From Abditibacteriaceae bacterium (GTDB taxonomy: Bacteria; Armatimonadota; Abditibacteriia; Abditibacteriales; Abditibacteriaceae), in assembly GCA_031425655.1 (NCBI GenBank), contig JANPJS010000005.1, positions 1-26,403 of the forward strand: 26,403 nucleotides of DNA. Reading direction: 5' to 3'. Numbering within the stretch: the first letter of the stretch is position 1; each line of letters starts with the position of its first letter. Under the pieces are notes generated by a model. The model was not told the origin of the DNA, searched no databases, and worked only from the letters and a program-made list of their open reading frames with translations. Below, piece after piece: positions 14,177 through 23,469 of this stretch. The translations under genes and the position numbers were made by a program.

Positions 14177-14791
14177 TTACTCTTGTAACTCTAAACGCCC
14201 CAAAATAATCAAGCTTTCTAAATCCTCTAAGCCTTCAACCTCGTATTGCTTGAAAAGACGGCGCGTGGCATCCAACTGCGATTCGTTTGCTTGTCCGAGC
14301 ATTCGCGTGATGTCGGCGATGTCATTGACGCGCCCAGCTTGGAATTTCATCAGCACTAAAAAGGGCAGCGGCAGAATCGGTAAACCTTGTGCATCTGGAT
14401 TAATGCGAGCTTCGCGCAAGGCCTCTGGCCACCAGCGCGCCCGACCTTCCAGCACATCCACTTCAACGCCATCCAGCGACCACGAACTACCACCGATACT
14501 CAACTCGCCGGTTGGCGCCCAACCCGCTGCGATTAATCGAGACCGGGCAGCGACAGCATCTTCCACGAAGACAGCCACATCCAAATCGCGCGTCATGCGT
14601 TCGGGCATATACAAACGAGTGGCAACCGCGCCGACGACGGCCCACGGCAAATCACCGAAAACTTCCGACAAATCCGGCCATTTCATATGTGCCGTCCGCG
14701 TCAATAAAAACTCGCGCGAGCTGCCCGCGCCCGGTTTCTGACGGCGCATCGCAATGGAAATCAGGGTTTTGCGAGCGAGCGCGGCGTTCAT
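14177..14791 (-). CDS. Pol-beta-superfamily nucleotidyltransferase (AbiEii/DUF6036-like)
   Basis: WAVVGAVATRLYMPERMTRDLDVAV (G-[GA]...R.T.D.D), VEVDVL, LVLMKFQAGRVNDIADI. Confidence 0.75.
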   Translation of the reverse strand: MNAALARKTLISIAMRRQKPGAGSSREFLLTRTAHMKWPDLSEVFGDLPWAVVGAVATRLYMPERMTRDLDVAVFVEDAVAARSRLIAAGWAPTGELSIGGSSWSLDGVEVDVLEGRARWWPEALREARINPDAQGLPILPLPFLVLMKFQAGRVNDIADITRMLGQANESQLDATRRLFKQYEVEGLEDLESLIILGRLELQE

Positions 14792-14795
14792 CGCT

Positions 14796-16220
14796 TTACT
14801 GCACTTTCGTCAAAAAATAGGGCGTGTCGGTCAGGCGTTGATACAGATTAATTTCCGGCTGCTGAAACGGGCGCGGGCCATTTTCGATTGCGCCGCCGCC
14901 GATGCGGTAATCGCCGTATGTATCATCGAACCAGATGACTTCGCGCTTAGCGCCGACGGTTTTTTCGACGGGAATCGTTTCTTTTTTGGCGATGTGAAAC
15001 CATGTCACGGCTTTGATTTTCGGGTAATCGCGGTCAATCGGGTGCAAAAGAGGGTAGCTTTTGAAGGCTGTCGTGCCGTAAACCATTTGCATCCAGCCGT
15101 ATTCGGCGTCGTTCCAGCGGCCCGTGCGCCACAGATAACTCAGCGTCGCGCGCTGTTCGACGGACAAGTCGGTGCGGTAAGACAGCGTCGCCGAGGTTTC
15201 GGCCAACATCATCGGCTTATTTTTGCCTTCGGCGAAGGTTTTATAAAAATTTACGCTCTCGTTTTGCGTCGTCTTCGGATCATCTAAAGCATCGTGCGTC
15301 AAATTATTGGCGAATTGCCCGCCCCATAATTTAGCGCCGGGCATCGGCATCGTCCAACCGCGTTCGTAAATGTCCAATCCGACCCAATCCACGACATCGT
15401 CGCCGGGATAAAAGGGGCGAAACGTATCACGCCGCGCGCCACCGAGCAGACCTGAATTAGGGCACCAGACAAGCGCTGCGTTCGGCGCGTATTGGCGCAG
15501 AACTAACGACACATTGCGATAGGCTTTTTGATAATCCGCAGCGGGGAAGCCGGTGTCTTCGCCGGGGTCGCGCTGCAAATTCTTGTTTTTGTCCATCCAC
15601 TCGGCCCAGGGATACCACGAGCCGTTCATCTCGTGCGCGAAGCGAATAAACAGCGGCTTGCCCCACGCTCCGGCGCCCTGCGCGAAGGTTTTTGTGGCTT
15701 CGTAGGCAGGCGCGCCGGGCTGCCAGCCGTCCACGAACACGCGCGGTTTCATCGGCTCTAACGTCAGCAACGGCGTGGCGCCGACTTGCGCGGCGGCGGC
15801 GCAAAACTCAAGCGGCGGTGACCAGCCAAGCGGATGCGTGCTCCAACCCGGAAAAGCGCCGTCTTCTTGGGGAAACGCGATAAATTGCGTGTAAATCGCT
15901 TGTTTGCGCCCGACTTCTTTTTCGTAGGCGAGCATAATATTCGCGATTTTCGTGCGATTATCGCCGGGGCCGTCGAGTTTGGAAAAATCGAGCGCGGCGC
16001 CTAAATAAGCGCCGCGCGCCGGTTCGTATCTGGCCGGTGCGTTTTTGCCGGGCGTTGGAACTTCAGAAGCCCGCTGCGCCAAACGTGGCGGCGCTTGCGA
16101 AGATTTGACCGGAAACGACGGCGCGTCTCCGGCGATTTTCTGGCCGATAATCGGAGCCACCGCCACAATCGAAGCGAGGCTCCAAATGATAAAAGTGCTC
16201 ATGTCGAAGGAAAAACGCAT
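14796..16220 (-). CDS. Secreted glycoside hydrolase family 26 protein
   Basis: LFIRFAHEMNGSWYPW (acid/base Glu), FYPGDDVVDWVGLDIY, KPMMLAET (nucleophile); hydrophobic N-terminus; start at ATG 16220 (or 16202) because the longer ORF reads through a repeat. Confidence 0.85.
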   Translation of the reverse strand: MRFSFDMSTFIIWSLASIVAVAPIIGQKIAGDAPSFPVKSSQAPPRLAQRASEVPTPGKNAPARYEPARGAYLGAALDFSKLDGPGDNRTKIANIMLAYEKEVGRKQAIYTQFIAFPQEDGAFPGWSTHPLGWSPPLEFCAAAAQVGATPLLTLEPMKPRVFVDGWQPGAPAYEATKTFAQGAGAWGKPLFIRFAHEMNGSWYPWAEWMDKNKNLQRDPGEDTGFPAADYQKAYRNVSLVLRQYAPNAALVWCPNSGLLGGARRDTFRPFYPGDDVVDWVGLDIYERGWTMPMPGAKLWGGQFANNLTHDALDDPKTTQNESVNFYKTFAEGKNKPMMLAETSATLSYRTDLSVEQRATLSYLWRTGRWNDAEYGWMQMVYGTTAFKSYPLLHPIDRDYPKIKAVTWFHIAKKETIPVEKTVGAKREVIWFDDTYGDYRIGGGAIENGPRPFQQPEINLYQRLTDTPYFLTKVQ

Positions 16221-16223
16221 GGC

Positions 16224-16291
16224 GAATTCAGAATTAAGAACGTCGAATGAAGAATCGCACGTCGTCATTCAACATTCTTAATTCTAAATTC
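16224..16291. repeat. Palindromic heptamer repeat (gaattaa/ttaattc type)
   Basis: gaattca gaattaa gaacgtc gaatgaa gaat ... attc aacattc ttaattc taaattc; overlaps the rnj stop codon. Confidence 0.8.
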
Positions 16292-17954
16292 ACACTTCTA
16301 AAATGACCGGCACGATCATCGGCTTGCGCTTCATGGCTGACCACGCATAATCGGCCAAGACTTCGCGCACCAAACGCCCGATGCCCTGCTCGTCGCCCGC
16401 CGGCATATTTTTCAAGGTGTCCAAGCGGTCTCTGACCTGTTCTGTGGCGCTTTGTAAAAACTCTTCGGAGTTCGGCTGATGCAAAAAGCCGCGCTGCGTT
16501 AAATCCGGGCCACTCAAAATCGCGCCGGTTTGCTTGTCAAGAATTACGGTCGCTACAATCACGCCGTCGTCGGCCAAATGGCGGCGGTCGCGCAAAACCG
16601 CTGTGCCGACATCGCCAACCGTCAAGCCGTCCACCAAAACCGAACCTGCCGTGACTTGCCCGACGATTTCGCAGCGCGTCGGTGAAACCGCTAAGACGTC
16701 GCCGACCTGCATGAACGGCACTTCGGAGCGGTCGTAACCGATTTGTTCGCAAATGTCGGCGTAAGCCAACATATGCCGCGCTTCGCCGTGATACGGAATC
16801 GCGTAGCGCGGGCGCGTCAGGTGCAGCATCAATTTCAGGTCTTCCTGATTGCCATGCCCCGAAACGTGAACATTATGATGCGGCGGACGAAAAACGTGCG
16901 CGCCCGCCATGCTCAGCGAGTTAATGACCTTGAAAACCGCGCCTTCGTTGCCGGGAATCGGCGTTGACGAAAGTATCACCGAGTCGTTGTCGTGCAGTTC
17001 AAGAAAGCGATTCTGGCCGCGCGCCACTTTCGACAAGGCCGCCATCGGCTCGCCCTGCGAACCTGTTAAGAGAATGCACAAATCGCTGTCGGCGTATTCT
17101 TCGATTTGCTCGATGTCAAGAATCGGCTCCGGCGGATGCAAATAGCCCAATTCGATGGCGATTTTGGTAATCGTCAGCATCGAACGCCCGGTGCAGGCCA
17201 CGCGGCGCCCGTAAAGATGCGCGATGTCCAAAACTTGCTGCAAGCGATGCACGTTCGAGGCGAACGAGGCTACCATAATGCGCCCCGGCGCGTCGGCGAA
17301 AATGCGCTCCAAGCCGGGCCGAACGCTGGCTTCCGAGCCGGTTAAGCCGGCGCGCCCGGCGTTTGTCGTATCCGAGAGCAGCGCCAAAACGCCGCTTTCA
17401 CCGTGTTGGGCGAAGCGTGCGAATTGCGGCGGTTTGCCGTCCACCGGCGTTTGGTCGAATTTGAAGTCGCCGCTTTGAATAATGGTGCCGATGCCAGTCG
17501 TAATCGCCAAACCGCAGGCATCGGGAATCGAATGGCCGACGCGGATAAATTCCACGTCGAATGGGCCAACGCGCACCGTTTGGCCGGGATTTACCGAATG
17601 GGTATTCAGTGATTTTGGGTCAACCGGCTGTTCGCGCAGTTTGCCGCCCATAATTCCAAGCGTCAGTGGCGCGCCGTAAACCGGCACTTCGGGAAATTCG
17701 CGCAGAAAATAGCCCATCGCGCCGACGTGGTCTTCGTGGCCATGCGTCAGGATCAGGCCCGCGATGCGGTCGCGGTTCTCGCGCAAATAGGTGAAATCGG
17801 GGATGATGAGGTCTACGCCGGGCAGCTCCTCATCGGGGAACATGACGCCGCAATCTACAATCAGAATGCGGTCGTCATATTCATACAGCATCATGTTTTT
17901 GCCAATTTCGCAAACCCCACCGAGGGGGATAATTTTAATTTCGTCTCGACTCAT
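16290..17954 (-). CDS. rnj: Ribonuclease J
   Basis: IIPLGGVCEIGKNM, LTHGHEDHVG, HSIPD, GDFKFDQTP, FASNVHR, GSQGEPMAAL, HVSGHG, HGE; start ATG 17954 (MSRDEIK). Confidence 0.96.
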   Translation of the reverse strand: MSRDEIKIIPLGGVCEIGKNMMLYEYDDRILIVDCGVMFPDEELPGVDLIIPDFTYLRENRDRIAGLILTHGHEDHVGAMGYFLREFPEVPVYGAPLTLGIMGGKLREQPVDPKSLNTHSVNPGQTVRVGPFDVEFIRVGHSIPDACGLAITTGIGTIIQSGDFKFDQTPVDGKPPQFARFAQHGESGVLALLSDTTNAGRAGLTGSEASVRPGLERIFADAPGRIMVASFASNVHRLQQVLDIAHLYGRRVACTGRSMLTITKIAIELGYLHPPEPILDIEQIEEYADSDLCILLTGSQGEPMAALSKVARGQNRFLELHDNDSVILSSTPIPGNEGAVFKVINSLSMAGAHVFRPPHHNVHVSGHGNQEDLKLMLHLTRPRYAIPYHGEARHMLAYADICEQIGYDRSEVPFMQVGDVLAVSPTRCEIVGQVTAGSVLVDGLTVGDVGTAVLRDRRHLADDGVIVATVILDKQTGAILSGPDLTQRGFLHQPNSEEFLQSATEQVRDRLDTLKNMPAGDEQGIGRLVREVLADYAWSAMKRKPMIVPVILEV

Positions 17955-18023
17955 CGTGTCACTGGGACTCTCCTTGAATTTTGTGTCTTTATCGAAAACG
18001 GCACGCTGCCGCGATGTCAAAAA

Positions 18024-18500
18024 TTACCATCTCGTCATGATGGTAGTGTGTTCGGTGTATTTTTTCCCGGTGCTTTTGCTGATGGGCATATGATGTTGAA
18101 CCGCTTCCATGACGCGAAAGACTGCCCACGTTAAAGCAAACGGATCATCGTTGCCAACCCAAGTGAGCAAGTTCTGATGAAACTGGCAGAACTTCTTGTT
18201 ATCGGCTCCTTGATCGTAGGTGATGTTGCCCTGCAAATACTCGAAATATTGCTCGCGCCGTTGGCCCCAGGCGATCCATTGCTGGGCCAGAGTCACTAAA
18301 GCACGCCGGTCTTCGGCACCCACGAGGCGCCCGACGTTGCGATAGCGCTTTTTCTCGGCATACGAGAGCAGGCCGTCCCGTTCGGGATCGGCGGGCATAG
18401 TTCGTAGCTCCGCAATCCACATGTCCAGCTTCATGGTGTCTTCGACCATGTCGGCGCGCAGCAGCAGTTTTCCCAGATTGACGAATTCGCTAATTTCCAT
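18024..18500 (-). CDS. Hypothetical protein (158 aa, helical)
   Basis: Co-oriented ORF filling the udg-rnj gap, ATG 5 nt after the udg stop; no family recognised. Confidence 0.65.
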   Translation of the reverse strand: MEISEFVNLGKLLLRADMVEDTMKLDMWIAELRTMPADPERDGLLSYAEKKRYRNVGRLVGAEDRRALVTLAQQWIAWGQRREQYFEYLQGNITYDQGADNKKFCQFHQNLLTWVGNDDPFALTWAVFRVMEAVQHHMPISKSTGKKYTEHTTIMTRW

Positions 18501-18505
18501 GAGAT

Positions 18506-19159
18506 CTAAAACAAAGACAGATTTCGTTCGGACGGCGGCTCAATTGGCTTCGCCGTTTCCGGCGATTTGGCATCGAGATCGGTAATTTCATCCTCGCGGA
18601 TGGGTCGGCTGAGCAAATCTCTCAGCTTGAGAAAGTCTTGTTCCAACTGCGCCAGCCACTCGTCGCGGCGCAGCGCTCCTGCCGGATGGTGAAACGGCAT
18701 CCATAATATGCCATCCCGGCGATACAAATTTCCATGCACTTTGGTGATGCGAAAATTCGCATCCAACACCGCTTTCACGGCGGTTCCGCCCAACAAGCCG
18801 ATAATTTCCGGCTGCACAAGCGCAATTTGCGACATCAGCCAATCGTTGCAAGCCGCGACTTCATCGTCTTCGGGCACACGATTATCCGGCGGACGGCACT
18901 TCACCACGTTGGTGATAAACACGTCTTCGCGCCGCAAACCGATGCCGGACAGCAAACGATTCAACAACTGACCGGCTTTGCCCACGAAAGGCCGTCCGGT
19001 CTGATCTTCCTGCGCGCCCGGCCCTTCGCCGATAAACATCAAGCGCGCGTGCGGATTACCCTCGCCCGGCACCGCCTGCGTGCGCGTCGCGGCCAGACGG
19101 CACTTCGGACAAACGCGCACTTCAGCGGCGATTTCAGCGAGAATCTGCGCTCTATCCAT
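18506..19159 (-). CDS. Uracil-DNA glycosylase family 4 (4Fe-4S)
   Basis: CPKCRL, IGEGPGAQED, GRPFVGKAG, NVVKCRPP, HHPAG; start ATG 19159. Confidence 0.93.
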   Translation of the reverse strand: MDRAQILAEIAAEVRVCPKCRLAATRTQAVPGEGNPHARLMFIGEGPGAQEDQTGRPFVGKAGQLLNRLLSGIGLRREDVFITNVVKCRPPDNRVPEDDEVAACNDWLMSQIALVQPEIIGLLGGTAVKAVLDANFRITKVHGNLYRRDGILWMPFHHPAGALRRDEWLAQLEQDFLKLRDLLSRPIREDEITDLDAKSPETAKPIEPPSERNLSLF

Positions 19160-19166
19160 AAGAAAA

Positions 19167-19307
19167 TAAACCACAGATGAACACGGATAAACACAGATGA
19201 ATTGGGATTTCAGGTTGAGTCATTGGCAATCATGGCCCGATGTTAAAGCCTGAAATCGCAAAAAATTAAACATTCATCCGTGTTTATCCGTGTTCATCTG
19301 TGGTTTA
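19167..19307. repeat. REP-like palindrome with 10-bp periodic arms
   Basis: taaaccacagatgaacacggataaacacagatgaat (19167-19202)/attcatccgtgtttatccgtgttcatctgtggttta (19272-19307); inner IR gatttcagg/cctgaaatc; includes the dapA stop. Confidence 0.9.
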
Positions 19308-20189
19308 AAGCAATCCTGCCGCGATCAGCGCAGCACGCAGCGTTTCAACATCTTCTTCGCTGGCTTCGGTCATCGGCAGGCGCAGGCCGCCGCAATCGAA
19401 GCCTTGCAACTGCAAACCGGCTTTAACCGCCGCTGGGCTGGGACTCGTTTGGGGAAACAGCGCGTCGGCGACCGGCAAAAGTTTCAAATGCTCGTCGCGC
19501 GCGGCGGCCCAATCGCCTTTCCAGTAGCAATCCATCATGCGGCGCATCGCTTTTCCGGCAACGTGGCTCATCACGGAAATTACGCCGTGTCCGCCGACGG
19601 CCACGAAAGGCAGCACGTCGCCGTCGTTGCCGCTCCACAAAAAGAACTTTTCGCCGCACGCATTGCGAATCCGCCCGACTTGCGCCAAGTCGCCGCTCGC
19701 TTCTTTCACGCCGATGATGTTTTCGACTTCCGCTAATCGCTGCACAGTGCTCGCTTCCAAGTTGCGCGCCGTGCGCGTCGGCACGTTGTAAAGCACGCAG
19801 GGCAGTTGCACCGATTCGGCGATAGCTTTGAAGTGGCGATACAAGCCTTCTTGATTCGGACGATTATAGTAAGGCACGACTAAGAGCAGCGCGTCTACCC
19901 CAACATTTTGCGTTTCGCGTGAAAACTCGACCGAAAACGCGGTTTCGTTGTCGCCGGTATTGGCGATAATCGGCACGCTGACGGCGCTTTTTACGCGGCG
20001 AAACAATTCCAGTTTCTCAGAGGGCGTCAGTGTCGGGCCTTCGCCGGTCGTGCCGGAAACGACTAATCCGGTTGAGCCGTTTTCCACTAAATAGCGCGCC
20101 AGTTCTTCGGCGCGTCCGTAATCTACGGCTCCGTCGGGAGTAAACGGCGTGACCATCGCCGTAATTAAAGGGCCAAAAGGAGATTCCAT
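19305..20189 (-). CDS. dapA: 4-hydroxy-tetrahydrodipicolinate synthase
   Basis: ITAMVTPF, GTTGEGPTL, PYYNRP, LYNVPTRT, IGVKEASG, SGND; start ATG 20189. Confidence 0.96.
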   Translation of the reverse strand: MESPFGPLITAMVTPFTPDGAVDYGRAEELARYLVENGSTGLVVSGTTGEGPTLTPSEKLELFRRVKSAVSVPIIANTGDNETAFSVEFSRETQNVGVDALLLVVPYYNRPNQEGLYRHFKAIAESVQLPCVLYNVPTRTARNLEASTVQRLAEVENIIGVKEASGDLAQVGRIRNACGEKFFLWSGNDGDVLPFVAVGGHGVISVMSHVAGKAMRRMMDCYWKGDWAAARDEHLKLLPVADALFPQTSPSPAAVKAGLQLQGFDCGGLRLPMTEASEEDVETLRAALIAAGLL

Positions 20190-20203
20190 GCGTGATTCTC
20201 GAC

Positions 20204-21172
20204 TTAATCTTCCAACCAATCCTGCGGCTCGGCTTTGCTGTCGCCGGCTTTTTGCATCCAAACGTAGCGGCGGCCTTTGTCATCGAACGACAAACGAAAG
20301 CGCGCGGCGCCCGGTGTGCCTTCCTCAACTATCACTTTAATCGTGGCTGTGGGCACTAAAACATCTAAGGCTTTGAAGGCGGCTTTGGCATCCTCCGCCG
20401 GGTTTTCGGTTTTCAGTATGGCGTAAGTGCCGATGTCGCCGGGCAAAGTTTTGTCGCCGTCGAAAGACGGAAGCAGTTGCCACACGTCGGTGTCGGCGGT
20501 GACGGCGTCGGCGACGGGAGCGGCAATTTGATCCGCTACTTTGCCAAAAGCCATAATGGCACGGTCGTCGAAACGCACATTATCGCCTTTAGCCAGAACG
20601 CGAAAATGCAACCAGACGCCGGCATCTGGCGCGGCTATTTCGTGCAAAAATCCGGTCGCGGGCGCGGCTGTCGGCGCTTGGCCGGCCATGCCGTGCAAAG
20701 TTACTTCGCGCGAAGGCCAGCGCCATGCCAGCAGCTTTTTCCAGCCTGTCAAGCGGGCGCGCAATTTCGCCGTTAACTTGGCGCCATCGCCCCCTGGAGT
20801 CCAATCGAAATGGCTGCCGCCGTTGCTCACATCGGGCGTCGTCCATTGCGCGTCCCATTTTGCCGCGTCGGGCAAAGAAACTTTAAGCGGCTGGCCCGGC
20901 TTGACAAGCAGCGTCGTGCCATCAGTGACGTGCTGCGCGGGCAACTGACCGGCGTTTTCGCCGTGCGGCCACGTTATCGCCAGAACACCCGGCGGAGGCG
21001 TGCTGCCGCTGCCCGCCATCATACCGAGCAGCGTCGCGCCGATCACAATGAACACGACAAGCGCGATTAAACCGCTCTTGATCCACTGGCGGCGGCGCTT
21101 TTCGCGCGCTTGTTGGCGACGCTGCTCGGTTCTATTCAGGCTGGCCTGTAATTCTTCGTCAGAGATAACCAT
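20204..21172 (-). CDS. Hypothetical single-pass membrane protein
   Basis: Arg-rich N-terminus, then TM (GLIALVVFIVIGATLLGMM) and beta-rich extracytoplasmic part; overlaps the asd stop. Confidence 0.75.
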   Translation of the reverse strand: MVISDEELQASLNRTEQRRQQAREKRRRQWIKSGLIALVVFIVIGATLLGMMAGSGSTPPPGVLAITWPHGENAGQLPAQHVTDGTTLLVKPGQPLKVSLPDAAKWDAQWTTPDVSNGGSHFDWTPGGDGAKLTAKLRARLTGWKKLLAWRWPSREVTLHGMAGQAPTAAPATGFLHEIAAPDAGVWLHFRVLAKGDNVRFDDRAIMAFGKVADQIAAPVADAVTADTDVWQLLPSFDGDKTLPGDIGTYAILKTENPAEDAKAAFKALDVLVPTATIKVIVEEGTPGAARFRLSFDDKGRRYVWMQKAGDSKAEPQDWLED

Positions 21173-22235
21173 CGCGCATTAACAGTTCGCCGACCAAAAT
21201 CGCGCCGCGTGCCGCTCCCATCTTGGTGTTGTGCGAAACCAGAACATATTTTACGCCGTTTTGCCCCAACACATTTTCTTCGCGCATTCGCCCTACCGCC
21301 GTCGTCATGCCGTCGCCCATGTTGCGGTCGCGGCGAGGCTGAGGTCGAAACGGGTCGTCGAAAACGTGAATCATCGGACGCGGCGCGCTGGGCAGACCTT
21401 CGAGGCCGCCGGTAAATTCGCGCATCACTCGCGTCGCTTCCGCCGCGCTACAAGGCTCTTTCGTCGCCACGAAAACCGCTTCGGTATGCCCGTCCAGCAC
21501 CGCAACGCGCGTGCAAGTCGCCGAAACGCCAAACTGCGCCGATTCGATTGCGCCATTATTTAGTGTGCCGAGAATTTTCTGCGTTTCCTTCTGCACTTTT
21601 TCTTCTTCGCCGGCAATGTAGGGAATCACATTTTCCATCGCGTCCAAGCCCAAAACGCCGCCGCGCCGACCTGCGCCGCTCATGGCTTGCATTGAAGTCA
21701 TAATCACGCCTTCGATGCCGAACGCGTCGAAAAGCGGCTTGAGCGTGATGGCGAGGCCGGTCGTGGTGCAATTCGGAATTGGCGTCACAAAGCCTTTCCA
21801 GCCGCGTTCGCGCTGCTGTTTTTCAATCAGCGCGACGTGATCGTTATTCACGCCGGGAATAAAAATCGGCACGTCATCGAAGTAGCGAAAAGCCGACGCG
21901 GTCGAAATGACCGGCGTGGTCAGAGCGTATTTCGGCTCCAAATTTTTGGCGGCATCGCTTTCGACCGCTGTGAACACAATGTCCACGCTGCGCGCGTCGA
22001 ATTCGTCGGCCAAAACGACCGGCATTCGCGCATATTCATCGCAAAGCGGCTCGTCGCACCACCAGCCGACGGCGCCCGACGGCTCACGGAGCGCATCGAG
22101 ATAACTCTTGCCCGCCGAACGCGACGACGCGGCCAGCGCGGTAACTTCAAAATCGGGATGATTCGGCAACGCGGCCAAAAACTGCTGCCCCGCGATGCCC
22201 GTAGCGCCGATAACGGCGACTTTTTTCCTGCTCAT
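21159..22235 (-). CDS. asd: Aspartate-semialdehyde dehydrogenase (archaeal/eukaryote-like type)
   Basis: VAVIGATGIAGQQF, STASAFR, PNCTTTGL (catalytic Cys), QAMSGAG, IPYIAGEEEK, CTRVAVLDGH, SHNTKMGAA. Confidence 0.95.
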   Translation of the reverse strand: MSRKKVAVIGATGIAGQQFLAALPNHPDFEVTALAASSRSAGKSYLDALREPSGAVGWWCDEPLCDEYARMPVVLADEFDARSVDIVFTAVESDAAKNLEPKYALTTPVISTASAFRYFDDVPIFIPGVNNDHVALIEKQQRERGWKGFVTPIPNCTTTGLAITLKPLFDAFGIEGVIMTSMQAMSGAGRRGGVLGLDAMENVIPYIAGEEEKVQKETQKILGTLNNGAIESAQFGVSATCTRVAVLDGHTEAVFVATKEPCSAAEATRVMREFTGGLEGLPSAPRPMIHVFDDPFRPQPRRDRNMGDGMTTAVGRMREENVLGQNGVKYVLVSHNTKMGAARGAILVGELLMRDGYL

Positions 22236-22286
22236 GTCTTAGATTTGTTCCTCTTTCAATGCTGTTTCGCGCTTGGCTCGGCGCTT

Positions 22287-22439
22287 TTAATGATGCTTTT
22301 GTAAATGTTCAACGAGGTCTTGCGCCTGCGCCAGCCACGCCAATTTTTCGCTGAAAGGCATGCGCGCCAATTCTCGCAGTTGCTCAATTTCCGCTGGATC
22401 AGGCGGCACCGTCCAATCTATTTCAAACAGCCCGGCCAT
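22287..22439 (-). CDS. 50-aa microprotein, paralog of upstream neighbour
   Basis: GGAG RBS 7 nt before ATG 22439; LARMPFSEKLAWLAQAQDLVEHLQK aligns with the neighbour. Confidence 0.7.
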   Translation of the reverse strand: MAGLFEIDWTVPPDPAEIEQLRELARMPFSEKLAWLAQAQDLVEHLQKHH

Positions 22440-22611
22440 TTTGCGTCTCCGAATCCGTTCGCTGCTTTTGGATATGCAAAACCATGCGATGCGCTTCTTC
22501 AAGCCAGCGCAACTTTTCCCAAAACGGCAGTTCTTTGAGAAACGCTTGCTGTTCACGGCGATGCGCGGCAAAAGCGGCATCACGCCGTTCTTTGTCTTCA
22601 GAAATGCTCAT
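22423..22611 (-). CDS. 62-aa microprotein
   Basis: GGAG RBS 5 nt before ATG 22611; LKELPFWEKLRWLEEAHRMVLHIQK. Confidence 0.7.
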   Translation of the reverse strand: MSISEDKERRDAAFAAHRREQQAFLKELPFWEKLRWLEEAHRMVLHIQKQRTDSETQNGRAV

Positions 22612-22648
22612 GCTGACTCCCGTCGAGCCTGTAACTCTTGTTGCTCCA

Positions 22649-23452
22649 TCACAAAATGTGTTCCAGCCCATAAGTCAGCCCTTGCAAGCCGCGCACCGCT
22701 TTAACGGCGCGCAGCACGCCCGGCATATAACATTCGCGCGTAATCGTGTCGTGGCGAATGCTCAACGTCTGCCCGGCCATGCCGAAAATCACTTCCTGAT
22801 GCGCCAAATAACCCGGCAATCGCACCGAGTGAATCGCTACGCCGCCCATATCGCCGCCGCGCGCTCCCGGAGCCGCCGATCCATCGCTTTCTTCGTCGCC
22901 GCCGACGTGTGCGAAATCGCTCTCGCGCGCCGCGCGCATCACCTGCGCGGTTTTAAAAGCCGTGCCGCTGGGCGCATCGAGCTTGTTTTCGTGGTGATAC
23001 TCAATGATTTCGGCATATTCAAACAGTTTGGAGCATTCTCCCGCGAAGCGCATCATCAAAACCGCGCCGATGGCGAAATTCGGCGCGATAAAAACGGGCA
23101 CACCCGCCGCGCGACTGGCGGCATCAATTTCGTCGAGATCGTTTTGCTTCAGCCCGGTCGTGCCGATAACCGGCGCGACGCCGCAGTCGAGCATGATTTG
23201 AATATTAGCGCGCACCGATTGCGGCGTCGAAAAATCTACCGCCACTTCGGCGCCCGACGAGCGCAGCGCCGACGCTAAATCGTCGGCGATAAAAACGTTT
23301 TGCGCGCCGACGCTGGCCACAATTCCGGCGTCCTGCCCGACCAGATGCTTATCCACCGCGCCGACCAGCTGCGTTTCGCCATCGCCGACAACGGCTTTCA
23401 CGACTTCGCGGCCCATGCGTCCCGCCGCGCCGGAAACTAAAACTCTAATCAT
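22649..23452 (-). CDS. dapB: 4-hydroxy-tetrahydrodipicolinate reductase
   Basis: MIRVLVSGAAGRMG, VDFS, VIGTTG, APNFAIG, EYHHENKLDAPSGTA, IHSVRLPG, IRHD. Confidence 0.96.
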   Translation of the reverse strand: MIRVLVSGAAGRMGREVVKAVVGDGETQLVGAVDKHLVGQDAGIVASVGAQNVFIADDLASALRSSGAEVAVDFSTPQSVRANIQIMLDCGVAPVIGTTGLKQNDLDEIDAASRAAGVPVFIAPNFAIGAVLMMRFAGECSKLFEYAEIIEYHHENKLDAPSGTAFKTAQVMRAARESDFAHVGGDEESDGSAAPGARGGDMGGVAIHSVRLPGYLAHQEVIFGMAGQTLSIRHDTITRECYMPGVLRAVKAVRGLQGLTYGLEHIL

Positions 23453-23469
23453 GCTTTTGGGCCTGCCCT

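Noticed and set aside
13923..14741. 272-aa plus-strand ORF
   Set aside because: Crosses a strong terminator, overlaps nnrD and is antisense to the nucleotidyltransferase; shadow ORF
17990..18020. Sigma70 promoter for rnj from a perfect TTGACA on the minus strand
   Set aside because: No acceptable -10 hexamer at 16-18 nt spacing
19167..19307. CRISPR array (also considered for 9360-9431 and 16224-16291)
   Set aside because: Units are 7-10 bp, contiguous and arranged as inverted arms, with no unique spacers and no cas genes
22484..23278. 264-aa plus-strand ORF and similar long antisense ORFs
   Set aside because: Antisense shadows of well-supported genes in GC-rich DNA, with no motifs
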